Shown here: positions 41,001 through 55,900 of the stretch, in pieces
Numbering within the stretch: the first letter of the stretch is position 1
Layout of the letters: each line of letters starts with the position of its first letter
Origin: Pavona decussata
Taxonomy: Eukaryota
Reading direction: 5' to 3'
DNA length: 64,000 nt
NCBI GenBank assembly: GCA_977016875.1
Contig: CDRNST010000035.1
Location: forward strand, 372,001-436,000
The notes under the pieces: model-generated
Seen by the model: only the letters and a program-made list of their open reading frames with translations
What the model was told of the DNA's origin: nothing
The model's database searches: none
Made by a program: the position numbers and the translations under genes

Positions 41001-44000
41001 AATTTATAATTTGTTGATCAGGAATAAAAACCAACCTACCTCTCCTCCATATTTTCCCACCACAGCACCTTCAGGCCCTTCAGAAAGAACCAAGCTGCTC
41101 CTAATTAAACATAACATGATAGTTAGCAACAGCTGAAGGATGCTAAAGAAACAATCAAACAATTTATCAAAGGCAACCTAATACTTTTAATTAAATTAAT
41201 TGAAAAAAAAAAAAGCATCTAAGTTTAAAGCAAAGGAAGAAAGTAACAGATCACTAGAAAAGTCTTTTTGTCTTTTACTGATGTACCGATCAGTAACTTT
41301 CTCTAATTTTGGAGTTTCAAGTTTTACGTGAAAACTACATGTACAGTACATGTACCTTTTACAGCATAATATTCATTTATTATTTATTTACTATTAAACA
41401 ACACCAAAAGCAAACACTGCTCAACAGCAACTCTTTTATTTTAGTGTTTATACTTTGCATTTTATCCAAGGTACATGTACTAAATTTTATATACATGTAA
41501 ATAGTAAATCTAAAGTTTATTTCACAACAAGAGTTTTCAAGTTTCTTGATTAAACAGACATTAGTTAAAACAATGGCAACAAAGAAAACACAATTGCATA
41601 AACTCTATCCTAAAAAGTGCTTCTGCAGTACGTTATAACTCACCTTGCACTGACACTTCTTGGGTAAAATGCTGGCTCTCGACCATCACTCATTGCATAA
41701 TAAATGTCATCAAAGTTAGTTTCATCTTCCTGCAAGATAAAAATACAGCCACAAAGTGTTGATACATGAGACTGACTTTGTTTCAATATATATAGCACAT
41801 GTATAAGCTGGCAGAAAAAAAGCTGGCTAGCTAGCTATTACATACATACACGTACATGTACTGTAGATGTACATTTAGGTCATTTGGTCTTATGGCCTGA
41901 ACTTGAATACTTAGCTTACAACTTTTGTGAAAAATTCAAGAAACAAAAAGATCTGAATAGATGTAAAATAAAAAGAAATCAGAAAATTGTAATAAAATGC
42001 AACAAAATATTGAGCATAAACAAGGAACTACATTCGTACATGTAACATGATAACCAGCTGGAAAAATGTGCTTAATTGGCACCCAAGCACTTTGTCCACA
42101 CAGCCCTTAAAGGATGCTGCTATTGTCCACACAGCCCTTTGCTACTCTGCATATGTTCAGCGCATCTCCGGTTGGTCCGAGAGGCTCTGATGTCTTAAGG
42201 AAGGTGCCTACTTATTCAAAGGTATTTTTTGCATGGTTTATAAATATGCGGGAAAAGAAAAACTTAGAAAGTGTTATTGAAATCTGAAAAGAAAATTAGA
42301 GGTAACCACGCATTTTCAGAGATAATTAAGTTAAAAATTGGAGAAAAATTCCATATGTTGTTGTGTATGTTAGCGCTTTATACAAATATTGTTGATTAAT
42401 TTAGTAAACCTTGCATTGGCACCTGAGATGGAGTGGATGAGATTTCTTTGGGTTGCTTTCTTCCAAGAGTGACAACCTACAAAATAAATGGACTAATTGA
42501 TTAAATGCAAAGAAAAGGTGACTTTGAAATAAGCAGGTACAAGTGTAACATGCACATGTAAAACGCCAGAAAATACATGCATGTAAGAGTCAAAAAAAGT
42601 TATGGCTGCCTTTTGTGTGTACAAGCATTTGTCTCATGTTGTTAAACTCCAGTTTGTTTGTTTCTTTGTTTTCAGGAAAATCCTTCTAATTGCAGGCATC
42701 CAGTCATAGATGTGGCATATTTGATAGGAACACTGAGAACTCACCACAGTAGGACTCAAGAATAAGGAGGAGAAGGGTAAAATTACTATAATAACTTCTC
42801 CTTGAAAAATGTTGGCAGTCAGTATCAGTTAAAGTCACACACTCAATCATACAACACATACCTGAGGTTTAGCATTAGCAGGAGATTGAAGTAAAGACAC
42901 CACTGGACTCCCACCCATCCTTGAGTGGGTTTGATTAGTGGGTGTGGGTTTTACAAGCTGTGGTGTTGCTGAGTGCTTGACAGATTCAGTGGCTGGTACT
43001 AGGGTCTGAGAAGATGGTTTATATGCTGCAAATCCACCCTGTTGGCCTGGTAATGAAAAAGCACTTGCAGGGGTACCTCCAGGGAATACACCAGCAGAAG
43101 ACCGAGGATCAGTTTGCTTGGGGCTGACAAAAGGGAAGGCACTTGATGGTGTGTTCCCTGGTGTCCCTGATGAAGCAACACAAGAAACCAAAGAAACATT
43201 TTGCTTCGGGCTGGCAAAGGAGAATGCACTTGGTGCACTGGCTGCAGATGTTGCTGATGGTTGTTTAGAGCTGCCAACAGAAAATGCCCCTACTTGGACG
43301 TGTCCTGGTATCCCTGGTAAGGCTGGGCCAGAGGCAGAAGGAGTGGTTTTATTGGCACTTCCCAAGGAGAAGGCACCAACTGGAAGGTTTCCAGAAGTCC
43401 CCAATGAAACAGGCCCAAGCTGTAATGGGCCTTTCTCTGTAGGTCCAGGACCTGGTAATTAAAAAGTACAAGTTAACAAGGACCACAAAAAAACAATTGG
43501 CCGGTGGCAATTTAATACCGCCACTGCGCTACAGCTGAACATGAGTAAGAAGATTTCTGTTCTATAATAAAATTAATTTCAGCAAGCATTACAGCATTCT
43601 GTTTTTAAAATTCACCATCAGGAACTTTACTGTAGTCAGTAAGCACATTTCAGTTGTAAACCCCTTATACAGTACATGGATGTACATGTATAAACCTAAC
43701 CACATATTTTCCTGGTTTATGATGTTTCTACCTGATTGTATAGTAACAGCCACATTATGAGCAAAATGATAAAAAAAAATTAATGCCTTATACATGAACA
43801 TGTACAGTGTAAGTAGTGAAATACTGTTTTCACTTTTCACTTTGATTGGTCCATGTTCAAATGAACAAAAAAGGCAGTACTGAGATCCTCTACATACTGT
43901 AACAACTAATTGACAGTCAAGTTACTTTATAATAATTATAAAGTGTAATTATTACACATGTCCAAATGACAGTTTTGATTGAAATACACAATGCCCCTGA

Positions 44001-47000
44001 ATAACAAGCCATTCTGCTTACCACCTGTTCCTTGAGGCACACTGCCCACCATTTTTGACAAAATAGTTTTCCTTTGTCCTGCAGGTGGTAGAGGTTCATG
44101 GCATTTCACTATGTAATGATTTGTGTTTGGAGTTTGGTTTACCATGTGAAATGGACATAAGACACCATCTGTAGATAGAATCAACATTATTGGCGCAGGT
44201 GGAAGCCGTTCCTCTCCCTTAACAAATTCCCTGGTTGAGCTAAAGTCAATAGCCAATCCCATGGGAAATGACTCGTCATTGTTACTGGTCAAAGGCATTG
44301 TAGGCCGGCCATCCTCCTCAAAGCTCCATTTTTCCCAGGAAGTTGCAGCCTGTTCAAACACAATCAATGATTTGCAGATCAGCAACAAATAATATTTGCA
44401 ACTTTAAATCAATGAATGTAAAACTGCAAAAAGAGAGGTCAACAAATTTGAAAATAATGGAGAACATTATTCCCTCAAACTCACAATCATGTTAAGAAAA
44501 TGAGGGTACAATGTACTCATCATGATGTACGTATCAAAGAGAATAGTACTAAGCCAATGTTTCTAGTACATGTATTAATTTATTAGTGAGTTGAACAATG
44601 CCCATGGCAGGTACATACACGCAATTATGGGTTCTGCTACACTATGTTTACCAATAAAACTGGATTTTTCCAACTCCTAAATCATGCAAATACATGTACA
44701 TGTGCTAAAACATTTACATGTAACATTCAGAGTGCATGTTACATGTAAATATAGATCTAAAATATACATATTTATGAAGTGACCTGTTAATTTATGTTAG
44801 CAGCTAGTTAAGGGTATATATAAATGAAACAAATATTAAACATGTATTTGACAGTCAGAATGGAAGGAGGCTGGAAAGTTTGCAATTTACAAAATGTTGA
44901 TCAGGAATAAAAACCAACCTACCTGATCTCCTCCATATTTTCCCACCACAGCAGCTTCAAGTCCATTGGAACAAGCTGACACAACCAAGCTCCTAATTAA
45001 ACATAACATGATAGTAAGCAACAGCTGAAGGATGCTAAAGAAACAACCAAACAATTTATCAAAGGCAACCTAACACTTTTAATGAAATTAATTGAAAAAA
45101 AAAGCATCTATTTGTAAGTTTAACGCAAAGGAATTTAAGAAAGTGACAGATCATTAGAAAAGTCTTTTTGTCTTTTAGTGATGTACCGATCAGTAACTTT
45201 CTCTAAGGTACATGATTGTACCTTTTACAGCATAATATTCATTTATTATTTATTTACTATTAAACAACACCAAAAGCAAACACTGCTCAACAGCAACTGT
45301 TTTATTTTAGTGTTTATTCTTTGCATTTTATCCAAGGTACATGTACTAAATTTTATATACATGTAAATAGTAAATCTAAAGTTTATTTCACAACAAGAGT
45401 TTTCAAGTTTCTTGATTAAACAGTCATTAGTTAAAACAATGGCAACAAAGAAAACTTAATTGCATAAACTCTATCCTAAAAAGTGCTTCTGCAGTACGTT
45501 ATAGTTTAAGACATAACTCACCATGCACTGATACTTCTTGGGTAAAATGCTGGCTCTCGACCATCACTCATTGCATAATAAATGTCATCAAAGTTAGTTA
45601 TAGTTACTGAATTTTCCTACAAGATAAAAATACAGCCACAAAGTGTTGATACATGAGACTGACTTTGTTTCAATATATATAGCACATAAGCTGGCACAAA
45701 ACAATGATTCTAAAACAAGTAAAAATAGAGCTGTCACCAGGATAAGACATATTGGATTGAAAAACGTTCTCTCGTTAAAAAGATTATCAGTCTATAGGCT
45801 TTAATGAATGAAAAATGTAGTGCATAAACGGAAATATATACAAAAAGGGTGCTAAAATTTGAGAATAAAAAGAAGTGTGAAAAAAGCTAACAGACATGTA
45901 CACATGTTCACTTGAAGTCTGTACTCCCCTGAACTACACGTACATACATGTAATGCATAATGATCAGATACTGAAAAACATTGTATAGTTTACAGTTCAA
46001 AATAGTATGTAAGTTGCATCACCCTCTGATTACAATGTATGAGCAACAGTAAAAGTAGTGTTTCAAATGATGTAGATACACTGCAGGATGGTAGTGGACT
46101 TACTGAAGTGGAGATAAGTAGAAATTTGGGGCAGTCTCCCTCTTCAAAACTGGAGTAAATGGCTGCAAACAACGTTGTTGAAATCCACAACACATCCGTC
46201 ACTAGATAATATTAAAATGCAAAAGAAAGTGTGAAATTTATACAAGGTTAAGAATGTTTGTCACGGAGCACAAAGTTTTACTATATACAGTATACCAGAT
46301 TAAAAATACATGTTTATTTATTTAGTTAGTTATTTTTATATACTGTATTTGTACTAATTTGTAATATTTTATTTTTGTAATAATTATTGCAATAGTTTAG
46401 TTTTCCTGGGTTCCTTTTGATAACAGAGTCAGTTTTGACTCTGACTGGATCACCCTGGTATAAATATAAATATACTGAGTGTGTATGTATTAATACATGT
46501 ACACTGTATGTCACAGAGTATGTGGAAGTCAAGTATTGAGGCAGCTGACTCAAAGTTCAGAGAGAAAGAAACTTGCATCCAGCATTGCATACAATACTGG
46601 TCACATGTGCAACACCATGCAACTCCCACCCCTCCCCCTCCCCCGCCTCAACACACACAGACACCCCTCCCCATCCCCCGGCCACAATTGTAGTGAAAAG
46701 TGTTGCAGCATAATGTACAATTCTGTAGAATGTATGTGACCCTGCTGATCATACATTATTTAATTACGGTATTTTACTACCTAGGTGTGGATCATCAGTG
46801 AACAATTCGGGGCATTTTATTTCCTTCTTTACTTGGAGAACCTAGAAAAAAAAAGTGCACTATTATTATACCTGGCAGGATACAGAACTATCTCTTTCTT
46901 GAGATCTAAACAAAACCCCTTTTCAAAAGGATTAGCAAAGTATTGATCTAAGAATATTAAGACCATGTTCTATTTTGAAAGAGTGTACATATAGTAACTA

Positions 47001-48461
47001 AGAATATTATTTATTATATAAAATTTTTACACTTGTGTGAATTAGAAAAGAAAATTGTTCAACATAGCATAGAACATCATTAATACATACCTGGGAATAC
47101 TGTGTTAATCTACCATCCTTATGACCAACTACTAGTTGTTTGCCTTTAGGACTCCAACAAACTAAGGAACAATGCCAAAAGATGAAATTACATGTACAAC
47201 TTACAAGTTATGGTAACTTCATATCCTTACATTACATGAAAGTAACAAAATTTCTGGTCTACATGTAAATTAAAAACTGAATGAATGAACAGATGTTTGG
47301 TTTGCATGATATAATTACAGTGTACACTGTATATGGTGATTATACAATAATAATACAGTATACTTCTGACTTTTTTTTTTGTGCTGTCAGTGTTACTGAC
47401 AGTATATACATGTATATCTATAATTTTTATAATCATAGTATTTTGTCTTTGTACTGCAATATGAAGAAAAAAAATACCAAAACCCCCACTCCATACAAAG
47501 ATCGTTATTTTATAGTAATTTTTCACTTTGAATCGATAGCCAGGGAAAATTTCCACCCCCTTTATACAAAATAATTTCTTCACAGTGAAAGCGTTTTCCT
47601 GGTTACTTAGCTAATATATGTCAATACACTTACAGTAATTGCACCAAACATAATAATAATTAGGTAATACATGAAGGGGACTATTTTATACAAGCTTATT
47701 AGACAAGTGGTTCTTTATTTTTCCTCCATTAGATAATGTTTAAAAAAGATAATGACTAAATGAATATGGTATAATTATCTACAGTGTATACTTGTAATCA
47801 ATATAGTTACAAGTTTTGTCATTTTCTTACTTGCACTGGCTTGGAAGTTTTTAATAATAACAAGAAAATGTATTCTTCGGCATTTTCTTACTTGCACTGG
47901 CTTTGATGTCTGCAGGCAGAGTTGCAAGTGTTTTTACTTCTGTGTCTGTCAACTCCATTGTCGACACAGTTCCAGAACTGAGACAAACAGCAAAGATACT
48001 TGGAAAACCAGGATTCCATGCTAGGTTTAATACTCTAACTCCTGCAAAAATGAAAAGTAGAGTGGCTTAATAAAATAGTTCTAGGTGGCCTGTAGTTTGC
48101 ATCTTTATGGCACTTCAGCTTTACTTCTTTTAAATAGTAATTTATGTTGAATAAAAACAACATTTTTAAAGGCTGTTAATTGAATCAATGTTGATGCACT
48201 GACTGAATGCTACAAACCTCCTAAATATAGCTTGATTGCAAGCGCTACAGTAATATGTTAGTTTATATGCATAAGTTGCATAATTATTAATCGACAGAAA
48301 CATTAATTTAGTTGTAAATTTTCTGTTGAATCCAAGAACAGTTACCTGCACCAAGAGTAACTTCACCAAACTTGGCATTTGAGGAATTCTACGAAAATGA
48401 AAAACATAAATGTTTCTAATCAGTGGGATTGTATCATTAATTATTATTATTATTATTATTA

Positions 48462-48503
<42 letters not shown>

Positions 48504-51500
48504 TTATTTTAACTTATGAAAAGGATTTCTCTAAGAAGCAACCTTGTATATCCATAGGGGGCCCACACAATGCGTCTGTGTAGCCGATTGTTATCATTAG
48601 TAAATGCACTGGATTTACCGTTTGCTTCACTATGGCGATATATCGCTAACTATGTATATAAATCAATGATAAATAAATGTTCAATTACCTTATCTGTGGT
48701 ATATAGTCGTCCTTTTACCTCAAAAGCGGTTTTTTGAGCGATTTTGAAGGAGTTTGAGTTCGCCGTTGACTGTTCCATATATAAGAAGGAGAAGGGAGGA
48801 ATCAAAGTTTTGAAAGGGTTCCAGTGCCGGAGCGATTTTTCCCCCCCAAAAAATGCATCGCTCCGCTTTCAAACTTTAAAAAGATTCATGATTCTTCTCG
48901 TACCTTCCAATCGAAAATCCATCCAAACGGCCCGGAGCTAGTCCTGGAAGAAAATCAAAATCGCACAGTATTCGAGCGACTGGAATGCTTAGCAAGATCC
49001 TTACGTGCCAGCCACAAACCGTCCTGCTGATTGCCCCTTTCTGATTGGATGATTGTTAGACAATCGTCCAATCAGAAAGGGGCAATCAGCGGGATGAGAA
49101 GAATCATGAATCTTTTGACCTTTATGCTGTGAAGTTTGAAAGCGGAGCGATGCGTTTTTTTGGGGGAAAATCGCTCCGGCGCTGGAACCCTTTCAAAACT
49201 TTAATTCCTCCCTTCTCCTTCTTATATATGGAACAGTCAACGGCGAACTCAAACTCCTTCAAAATCGCTCAAAAAACCCCTTTTGAGGTAAAAGGACGAC
49301 TACTACAGGTAGCTGTATTGTACACTGTATCATTTTGGACTTACAGGTAAATTCCACATTAACTTACAGTGTTTCCAAGGGTTGGCACATCAAAGAGTGC
49401 CATCACAGTGTTATTTCCATTCTCATAGCAGACAGAGAGTGTAAGATCGTCACCACTGAGACCAACAAACTGAACAGAATGTCCAATCTCTATGATGGAT
49501 GATGGACAGTGTGAAACTGGACCAGACAAAAAAGAAAAAGTTCTGATTATACAATCTGTGACACTCTGTAATCTGTAATGACCTGAACAGTATGTACAAC
49601 ACTTTCGAGAGCGGTCCTTTTTTCCAATTTATTTCTCAAGAGATCAGTCAAAAGACTCACCCCAAAAGTCTTGAAACTCAACTCGAGACTCAATCCTCAA
49701 AGTTTTGAGAATGGAGAGTCTCTAGACACAAGGATCAAGACATGAGGTACTGTCAACTTACTTTTGAGTGGTACTGTAAGAAAAACTTTGTGAAAATGTG
49801 ATCAGAATATTATTACATGCAGTACATTTCTGTTTTCTTTTCTTTGGTGAGGCCTAATGGTTCTTATATTTTATTTCAGTTTTCATGATAACACCAAGTA
49901 AACATTATTTGAGCCAGACTGAGGTAGGGTGCTTAATTAGGGGTGGGAGAACTTTGTACTGTACAACAAGCTGAATTTGGCAAGTTTTAGTTTCTGTTTA
50001 TGAAATCAAAGCTGCAGTAGAAGGGGAATGGAAACAAACACCCAAGTGATGAAAGGCACATTATAAAGTAGGAAACACAAAAATTTACTGTCAATGCAGG
50101 GCAAAAAACTTTTTATTATTCCACTTGTCCATTGGACGAGCAACGTTCAGATTCTGGTTGTCCGAAAGTTAAATTCACTAGTCCGAAAAAATTATTAAAG
50201 TGAATAACAAAATATCATAAAAAAAATGCAGTAACTCCACGCGGCCGCATGCGTTTTGTGGCCGTGTTACTGATGTGTTGAACCACTCTCATTCACATCT
50301 CCGCCATGGATGAAACTCCCGAAGGATTATGTTGAGGAGAAGTTCTGAGTTAAAAAGTTTCTCCAGTTTCTCCTTTGACCCCTCATCGATTTTACGGCTT
50401 ATTCGCTGTAGCGGCACCTGCTCTGGGTTTTCTTCATTTTTAGCTCATTGAAAACAAAAGTAATGAGAATGGCTCTTCTCGTGACTCACAAGAGAATCAC
50501 AGCGAAAACCAGTGGCGGACGACCCATTGATGCCGACATAAAGCCGGCTCGCTTTATCGGGTACTGTTGGATACTTATGGCACACAATGCAGAACATTTC
50601 ATTCTTCTCCGCGTCAAATTTAACCCAGGGAAATTCTTTATTCCACGTTGGTTGGAATTTTCGAATTTGACCTTCTTCATATTTTTTCACTTTCTCACTC
50701 TTAGGATGTTCCTTTTTGCTGGAGTCAGGTTTTCTTTTACTACTAATTTTCCATAGGTCAAGCAGATTAGCCGACATCTTGTACACTGACAGTGAAAACG
50801 TAGCATGTGATCTGATTTTATTTCGCGCGTTTTTTAGGTCGGTCATGTGACATTTTCAAAGCATCAGTGCCTTTTATATATCTTAATGGCTTAGAGCGTG
50901 TCACGTCGTTTAAATTACACTATTAGACTGACAGCAAAGATATTAAGAGCCCCCCTCTGTAAATATCGACTATCCTCGTTTGGACGAGAAAAAATGAAAT
51001 CCCTCAAACTTTCTCAGAAGAATGGTCTATATATTAAGTGATTCACATAAATATAACTTTCAGCTCAGTTCGATTCGTATTTTAGCTGTAGTGCGACCAT
51101 CTTGGTTTTACCGCTCTGAGAGGGCTTTCAGCGGCCATTTTAGGCCACACTTTTAAGAATTTGCCTTACAAAGAAAGCGTTACAAATCCGAACAAAATCT
51201 CATTATTTGAGACAAGCAAATGTTTGTTGTTGTGTTGAGAAGCTTTTTTGGGAATTTGATCGAAATCTGATTTTTTTACAAAATTTTTAATTTCTTCCCT
51301 ATTGAACTACTCTTCAAGTGCCAAAAAAATGGCCGAGTTTAAAGGAAAATATCGCTAAAGATACATTAGTTGGCATCCTAAAACAGCATCCCGGTTAAAG
51401 AGCAATGTCTTGTCTGTAAGAATATGCAATAAAATTTTTGGGCAGTTAAAAAGAGAAAATTATAAAAGAAGAAGTTTTAACTGTACTTTTGTCAACAAAC

Positions 51501-52966
51501 ACCGCCTTCGTAATTAGCATAACAACATGAAAATAACAATTTACTAAGAAAATAATGATAAATTTAACTTACCTTCTGCAATATCCAGAACTGGATATTT
51601 CAAAATGTATCAAATTATAGTTTCAGTCGGATACAGCCGCATTTTCGATGATTTGTTGTGCGAAATCACTGTAATACACCGCAGCCGTTAAACTGAGTTG
51701 AATTCTTCAAAGTCCGTCAGGACAACCATCGGCCGAAAAAATTGCCTTCCGCCCCATAAGCTGCCGTGTGCAAGGTGTCAAATATTTCTTTGTTATCCTT
51801 AATGACCAGAAATTCTTTCAGCAGCCATTTAAATCCTGCTTTGAACTGGAGATTCTTGTCAAGAAATCGTTTATGTTCCGCTGACCTTCCGCCGTGATTA
51901 AACAATGCGATTGCGTTACATAAACGCGCGCACATCCAGACAGGTTGGGGTGGGGTGGGGAGGAAACAAAAATGGAACAGGTCCTACATAAAAAAAGGGC
52001 CATTCAAGATTACTGTCAAAGCTATATAATTATGCATTTCGGATACTAAATTAAATAGGAAACTGCTGTCCCAGAATAATGTAGAATATGATAAGCCCTT
52101 GTGCTTTATTTCTTTGGCTGGAGCGTGTGAGGGAGCTGGGAGGCGGGAGTGTGTGTGTGTGGGGGGGGGGGGGGGGGGCTGGCAAGTAAAACACTAATTT
52201 ACAGCATCAGTTGGTCGTTGCTCTTATGTTTAGTTTTCATACATGACGTTGGTCGATGATTCTTGTCAAGAAATTTTTTATGTTCTGTTGACCTTTCGCC
52301 ATGATTAAACAATGAGATTACGTTACAGAAACGCGCGCACATCCGGATTGGGGTGGAGGTGGGGAGGAAATAAAAATGTTACAGACCTTAGCTTGTAAGA
52401 TGCTGCAAGAGCGTTAGCCATTCTTCGCCTTTTGGGGCTATAAATTAATCACCTGTATTGGAATAATGGAACATAACAAGTGACTTTGGGGATTGTTGAG
52501 AAATTTGTGTAGGTTATAATTTTTTTTTCTGGTTTCTGGCGTAGTAGGAAGTACCCTCTGTAACGTCATGGTCTCTCATTTAGATGGGTACCTTTTCCAA
52601 CGAGTTCAAATATTTTGTGGTAGATCTAGGGGGAAAAATGGACTTCTGGAACTTTCGTCGATAATTCGTTTCATGTTTTTTTTCTCTCTCTCACTGTGAT
52701 CAAATTGCCCTGCGGAAACGTGAAGCTGATGGTTAAGAAGATTTATAGGTGGTTTTCACCTCACACATCGTCATGCAAGTAAAAAAATGAAATCCTCCAC
52801 CATTCAATAGATAAAGTCAAGAAATTGATATGTTGTAGAAGAGTGATACATAAACAATGTGTGAAACCCACAGGGCTGGGCGATATCTCCTAATCCAGTT
52901 ATTCTAGAAAATGTACCACGGAAAATTACAGAGTTTAGTATGGGACGCCATGTTGGTGCCCCGTCT

Positions 52967-52997
<31 letters not shown>

Positions 52998-55900
52998 CAA
53001 AAACATCTGGAGTTTACCTTGGCTATTTCAAAGCCTTTCTTCTCTCTGCTGAACTTTCACACATTGACATTAAAGTGCCCCTAACCCTTCAATTTGTTTT
53101 CTTTTTGGTAGATTTCCATATCTGTGAAGAACTCATTTTCGAAAATTTTTTTTAGAAATATTGAATCCTTTTTATTTTACGAGCGCTAAAAGTTACTAAA
53201 ATTTTTAAATTTTTGCGCACTTTAAGCCCCGCTGGACAAATTTTTGTCTCGTGGGCTCATTAGGAACGAGCCAATGAGAAGCGTCCGATATTTGACACTT
53301 TCTTAGCTGTGACGTAAGAAAAGGACACCAGAAGGATTCAGAAGGAATCTTATGCATGCTGATTCCTTTCTCTACATTTCGAGAGTTGCTGCATCCAAAA
53401 ACCACACATTTTTTAACCATTTTCTCTGTTTACAATTGAAGCATTACCGCGAATCTTCGGATATTTTTGCACGATGTCCTTTTCTTACGTCACGCTCCAT
53501 ATTTGGCCAAGTGGGGGACTAATGCGAACGATAGGTGAAAATATCGACAAGACTGCCTTCACTTCTAGCGCTCGTAAGAAGAAAAGGATTCAATATTTCT
53601 CAAAAACTTTTTCGAAAATGAGTTCTTGAAAGATATGGAAATCTACTAAAAGAAAACAAATTGAAGGGTTAGGGGCACTTTAACGCTTCTATTACATGTT
53701 AGCTGATCAGACCTAAAAAAAACACGAGGTGAATCGATGTTTTCATCTACATGACATGTTTAGAGCTGCAATCCTTCTGTCACGCACTGCGCAAAAATCT
53801 AAAATTCAAACTGCTCTATTTTCAAAACAAAGAATGCTATCCTACTGAAAACAAACAAGCCGATGGAAATTTAGATTTTCTTATATGTGATGAAGATAAA
53901 AACCCAAAATTGTGTTTAGTTATGAATTTCAGTTTTTTATGACGTCATGTGAAAATCAAGAATATAATGACTACATCAAATTAAATTTCATAGGTGTGAC
54001 TACTTTTCATTTTATTTCGTGTTTAATATTTTAAGTCGTTGGGGTCGCAAAAGAGAACCATAGAAATATCATGTGTCAATCAAAATGTATTGTTTCCAGT
54101 TTTAATACGTACATTCTTTTGGTGATACGCGTAAAGCGAATGGCTTAGTAGCCGCACTTTTAATTGGTCCATGGAGAATTCCTGGTCATGGCCACCTGTG
54201 GCTTCTCGTTGTATGTTGGATCGAGGTACCTGCGGATCCAGTACCCAAAACGATAAAAATGTGCAGTGTCCTACTGAGTGACTGCCGAGGGGACGTGAGC
54301 GTCCATTTAAAAGCACTGCACGTTTGGGATGCATTTTTAAAAACCGAGGCACAATTACTCCTAGCGATATGTAGTATGAGTATTTTGATATTTATTTTTA
54401 TTAGCAGTTTTCTCTTAAGAAACACCAAAGTACAAATCATAAGTATTCATTTATTTGAAGCGAATACATTTTTTTTGAACTCCCCCACGATATTCACAAC
54501 CTGGTTTCCATGCCATTTCGGATCACAAAATATCACCTGCAATGACACTTCATTTAATTACACCTTTTCACACGAAGACGCTAAAAATAGAAGCATTTGC
54601 GAAGTGAAAAGCGTGTAACTTGGTAAGAAGCAAACTGTCCCATTAGATCGTACTCTCTAAACTAATGCTTTTGAAAAACACATATTTGAATCTCACAAAT
54701 TCTTCCTTATCGAATTTTTTCCTTATGAAATTTGGTCTGAGGCATATATTAATCACGTGCTAGGAGACCGTGGGAAAGTGCGAATTTGATTGACGCCCAT
54801 ACAGTGTATACAATTTGTACTAATGCATTAATTTAATTTTTTTTTATTAAGTGATAGTGTATTAAATGGATATTGAAGCTGGGGACGTACACGTGTGCAT
54901 TAAGGTCCTGTAATAATTTTTTAATCAAAGTATAAACAAAAAATTTCACTTTTTGGAAATTATCGCGCGGGCAACATTTTCGAATGCATGAGCGCTATAA
55001 CGTAGGGGCACATGTGTTGAATTGTGATGCAACGATACTGAGTGGGACTGATTGTCCAACTTTAAAGGGGAAAAGGGAGTTATCCCTTATTATCATCATT
55101 GATAGTCATCATCATCATCATCATCATCATTATCATTACGTCTTCAGGTCTCTTTGATGCAACTGAAGACAACCTACTTGCCAACCCCCCTCCCACGCCC
55201 CAACCAAAAATATAAAGCACAAGGGCTTATCATATTCCACATTATTCTGGCACAGCAGTTTCCTATTTAGTACCCAAAATGCATCAAATAGCTTTGACAG
55301 TAATCGTAAATGGCTCTTTTTTTTTTATTTAGGACCTGTTCCATTTTCGTTTCCTCCCCACCCCCACCCCAACCCGTCTGGATGTGGGCGCGTTTCTGTA
55401 ACGCAATCTCATTGTTTAATCACGGCGGAAGGTCAATGGAACATAAAAGATTTCTTGACGAGAATCCCCAGTTCAAAGCAGGATTTAAATAATTGCTGAA
55501 AGAATTTTTGGTCATTAAGGATAACAAAGAAATATTTGACACCTTGCACACGGCAGCTTATGGGGCGAAGGCAATTTTTTTGGCTGATGGTTGTCCTGAC
55601 GGACTTTGAAGAATTCAACTCAGTTTAACGGCTGCGGTGTATTACAGTGATTTCGCACAACAAATCATCGAAAATGCGGCTGTATCCGACTGAAACTATA
55701 ATTTGATACATTTTGAAATATCCAGTTCTGGATATTGCAGAAGGTAAGTTAAATTTATCATTATTTTCTTAGTAAATCGTTATTTTCACGTTGTTATGCT
55801 AATTACGAAGGCGGTGTTTGTTGACAAAAGTACAGTTAAAACTTCTTCTTTTATAATTTTCTCTTTTTAACTGCCCAAAAATTTTATTGCATATTCTTAC

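Larger units (their letters stand above)
40411..42401. repeat. Chimeric intragenic duplication: 40411-41820 copies 44303-45702, and 41821-42398 copies 38154-38727
   Basis: Direct alignment by eye; the two blocks meet at an AGCTGGC motif present at both source ends. Confidence 0.92.
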
